From a virus (lineage: Duplodnaviria; Caudoviricetes): DNA of 64,000 nt. Made by a program: the position numbers and the translations under genes. The DNA is taken from positions 32,001-96,000 of IMG/VR virus record IMGVR_UViG_2840619991_000006; one strand, written 5' to 3'. Shown here piece by piece: positions 61,476 through 64,000 of the stretch. How positions within the stretch are numbered: the stretch's first letter is position 1; every line of letters begins with the position of its first letter. The notes below the pieces were generated by a model, which worked only from the letters and a program-made list of their open reading frames with translations, ran no database searches and was not told where the DNA came from.

Positions 61476-62305
61476 TCCCTTGTTGACCAAACGAATGCCA
61501 GAATCTCCGTTCTGCAAGTGTCTCTATCCTTCATGATCTTTCGACCGGGTAAGTGAAGTATGCGAAAACCCATGCTTTCAATGTAAAGATCGCGTAGCGT
61601 CTCGCCTTCTTTGTTTGTATGCCAGCGCTCGCCATCCGCTTCAACCACTAGGTTTGTTCCCGAAATGAGAAAGTCCACCCATTTAGTGCCAATTCGCGCG
61701 TTAAACTGAAACTCAACTCCTCCTTCAGTTAATATTTCCGCGACAATTTTTTCTATATTTGTATACCCCTTGCCCTTCGTTTTCTTCGCTATGATGGCGT
61801 TTGGATGCCTTTCCGGATGAAGAGCATAAAGTTCCCTCATGCGGACAGAATGAGCTTCGTTTCGCCGGCCACGCAAAATACCCGCGCAGATTTCACTGCG
61901 GCGCGCTATCGATGGAGTATCTTCTTTCGTTTTGCCCTTTGCCCACGTCCGGCCAATCGCAAGACCTTCGGCCCTTCGCCCTGTCGCCTTTTTGCCTCTG
62001 TTGGCTTTGGCTATCTTCAAGCCACCTATCCGTAAGGACTCGCATGTTTCAGCGGTCAGTCCTTTGTTCCATGCCGGACGCCCCCTAGCCCCAATGCTTG
62101 TTCTGATCGCAATAGATTCTAAGCGCGGGTCGTCTGCGCGAGTCAGTCCTTTGTTCCACGTCCCTGTGCATACACGCGAACAGTACTGCGCCTTATGCCA
62201 CTGCTCATCACTGTATTTGCTGTTTCGCTTGAAATAGGCTCCGCACCGAGTGCACGGCTTGACTTCAACATACTTCCGCATATTTCCGTGGAATTGGTTG
62301 GTCAT
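61472..62305 (-). CDS. Free-standing homing endonuclease (Zn ribbon, NUMOD3-like repeats, DUF559/Vsr-like nuclease)
   Basis: CTRCG...YCSRVC, WNKGLT x2, VDFLI...VEADGERWH...RDLYIESMGFRILHL; low GC. Confidence 0.8.
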   Translation of the reverse strand: MTNQFHGNMRKYVEVKPCTRCGAYFKRNSKYSDEQWHKAQYCSRVCTGTWNKGLTRADDPRLESIAIRTSIGARGRPAWNKGLTAETCESLRIGGLKIAKANRGKKATGRRAEGLAIGRTWAKGKTKEDTPSIARRSEICAGILRGRRNEAHSVRMRELYALHPERHPNAIIAKKTKGKGYTNIEKIVAEILTEGGVEFQFNARIGTKWVDFLISGTNLVVEADGERWHTNKEGETLRDLYIESMGFRILHLPGRKIMKDRDTCRTEILAFVWSTRE

Positions 62306-62352
62306 CTCGTTGGCTCTTCTGGTGCGGCAACAAGTAGAATAACAGAATGGAT

Positions 62353-62796
62353 CTATACGCGCTGCTTGGCAATTATCGCTTCTTTCATTATCTCGTTCAA
62401 CCGCATTTCGACTTCTGCCATTGTGACGCGAACCATTCCTTCAGGCGCTTTTTGGGAGTGGCCATATTCGAGAGCTTTTATGTAAGATACCCCATTCGCT
62501 ATTAGAATTTTCCCTTGACCGACCACTTTGAACGACGAAAGCTGAGCAAGGTCTTCAGCAGAATGGTCGCCTACCTCTCGGACCGCTACTTGGTCACCAT
62601 GGACAAGGATTTGCCAATTCGCCCTCGCCATCCCTGTTGCCACCGGAGTTTTCATCACGACGCCGTTGTAGATGGCCAGCGCCAGCCGCTTTGTGAGGTC
62701 GTCCACCGTCGCGTCGAGCTGGTCGGCGAAGGTGCGAAGGTTCCGTGAGAACTCGAAGAATCCGCCTCGACTGCCGGGCGCGGCCTTGAAGGGCAT
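62353..62796 (-). CDS. HK97 gp10-like neck protein
   Basis: KTPVATGMARANW, NGVSYIKALEYGHSQKAPEGMVR. Confidence 0.85.
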   Translation of the reverse strand: MPFKAAPGSRGGFFEFSRNLRTFADQLDATVDDLTKRLALAIYNGVVMKTPVATGMARANWQILVHGDQVAVREVGDHSAEDLAQLSSFKVVGQGKILIANGVSYIKALEYGHSQKAPEGMVRVTMAEVEMRLNEIMKEAIIAKQRV

Positions 62797-62877
62797 CGGT
62801 GCCTCCTGAAACGGGAAGGGCGCCACCAGCAGCCATGTGCCGGGGCGCCCTTCCTGGTTGGTGACGGGTGACGAGGA

Positions 62878-63152
62878 TCAGTCCTCCAGCAGCCCTTGGC
62901 CTGCTTGAAGGACACCTTGGTCTTCGCGCGGACCGTGACGGTCTCGCCGGTGCGGGGATTCCGCCCCGGACGCTCCTCGGTGTGCTTCACGGTGAAGTTG
63001 CCGAAGCCGTGGAGCTGGACGTCATGACCGTCCTTCAGTTCCTCACCGATGGCGCCCAGCACCATGTCCAGGGCCTCGCCGGCGGCTTTCTTGGTGACGC
63101 CGCGCTTCTCGGCGATGGCGTCGACGATGTCCTTCTTGCTGCGCGTGCTCAT
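62878..63152 (-). CDS. hup: HU/IHF-family DNA-binding protein (frameshift at 62893-62895)
   Basis: VQLHGFGNF, RPGRNPRTGETVTV; +1 base restores KGLLED-stop. Confidence 0.9.
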
Positions 63153-63165
63153 AATGGTGTTTCCT

Positions 63166-63576
63166 TCAGTGCTTCTTGCCGAGGCCGATCTGCTTCGCGA
63201 ATTCGGACCGCTTGGCGGCGTAGTTCGGAGCCGTCATCGGGTAGTCCGCGGGCAGGCCCCACTTGGCCCGGTATTCCTCCGGAGTCATGCCGAAGGCCGT
63301 GCGCAGATAGCGCTTCAGCATCTTCAGCTTCTTGCCGTCTTCCAGGCAGACGATGTAGTCCGGCATCACCGACTTCTTCACCGGCACGGCGGGACGCAGT
63401 TCCACCGGTTCTGGTTTGGGGGCTTCGTGGCCAACGGTGGCGAGGGCGCCGAAGGTGATGGACACCAAATCGGGGATCTTGTCCGGGGCGACGTTGTGAT
63501 TGCCGACATAAGCGGCGACGACTTGGGCGGTAAGCGCCTGAAGGCCGGCGTTGTCGGACGCGGCGGCAGTGTTCAC
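63166..63576 (-). CDS. mucR: MucR/Ros-family regulator
   Basis: LTAQVVAAYV, PAVPVKKSV, CLEDGKKLKMLKR, YRAKWGLPADYPMTAPNY. Confidence 0.95.
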   Translation of the reverse strand: MNTAAASDNAGLQALTAQVVAAYVGNHNVAPDKIPDLVSITFGALATVGHEAPKPEPVELRPAVPVKKSVMPDYIVCLEDGKKLKMLKRYLRTAFGMTPEEYRAKWGLPADYPMTAPNYAAKRSEFAKQIGLGKKH

Positions 63577-63747
63577 TTGCTGAGCCTCATGGATGTTTGG
63601 TGGTTGCTGTAAGTCCACCGTAAATCCGATGAGTTCTGGCAAACAATACGGTTTCGTCTGACTGAGAAATGGGAATTCGATTTTTGTGTTGGAGAATTCG
63701 CAACACCGATATTTTCGGTTTCATCTGCGCCGCTTTCCGGCGCGCGA

Positions 63748-63990
63748 TCAGCCCAGGATCGGTGTGGCGTCGGTCTGGGCGACGCCCCGCAGGCGCGGCC
63801 TCAACGCACGCCCGTAGACGCGCCGGTAGAGCGCCGCCACAGTGGGGTGTTGGCCGGGCTGGAACGGGCGCCGGTGCACCTCGGGGAATGGCTGGCCGAG
63901 GCAGGAAGGGCGGCTCACGGAACCGGAGCCGGAGCGGCGGACATCGTAGGACGCCGCCTCCGTGAAGAACGGGGACGAGAAGTCGGTCAT
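63748..63990 (-). CDS. Hypothetical protein
   Basis: ORF on late-gene strand at window edge. Confidence 0.4.
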   Translation of the reverse strand: MTDFSSPFFTEAASYDVRRSGSGSVSRPSCLGQPFPEVHRRPFQPGQHPTVAALYRRVYGRALRPRLRGVAQTDATPILG

Positions 63991-64000
63991 GGTGGTGATC

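Larger units (their letters stand above)
1..64000. mobile_element. Temperate siphovirus-like prophage, probably a phage-plasmid (both ends extend beyond the window)
   Basis: cI/cro/cII switch, RecET, lysis and tail modules together with repA, iterons and parA; no integrase and no run of host housekeeping genes in the window. Confidence 0.9.

Overview
The whole window reads as one temperate siphovirus-type element from a high-GC alphaproteobacterium. The host group is inferred from a GAAC-N7-GAAC LexA box, MucR- and PraR-family genes, and GANTC clustering at the origin; the style is Azospirillum-like. It carries a plasmid replicon (RepA_C initiator, six 17-bp iterons, short ParA with a non-canonical partner) and no integrase is visible, so it is most likely a phage-plasmid. 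Layout: cII/cro/cI switch (1-2356); accessory cassette bracketed by five 17-bp operators (2251-6971); ~20-kb early operon with RecE/RecT, SbcC-like ATPase, zinc-finger RNase H and a C5 methyltransferase (7141-27671); par/rep/ori (27737-30495); morons (hxlR-qor, umuDC, NYN); lysis genes split by an anti-phage dCTP deaminase (37315-41874); tail genes (42685-62796); HU and MucR. Best candidate for a new system: a short repressor with no autocleavage domain sits next to an antisense small ORF that resembles the repressor C-terminus, a PAS-PAS-LuxR sensor, a GRDP-like protein and an EamA exporter, which could be a signal-controlled lysis/lysogeny module. At least seven single-base deletions in G/C homopolymers split six genes (the tail fibre twice); these look like assembly errors, not pseudogenes. 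All family assignments come from motif recognition by eye, not database searches.
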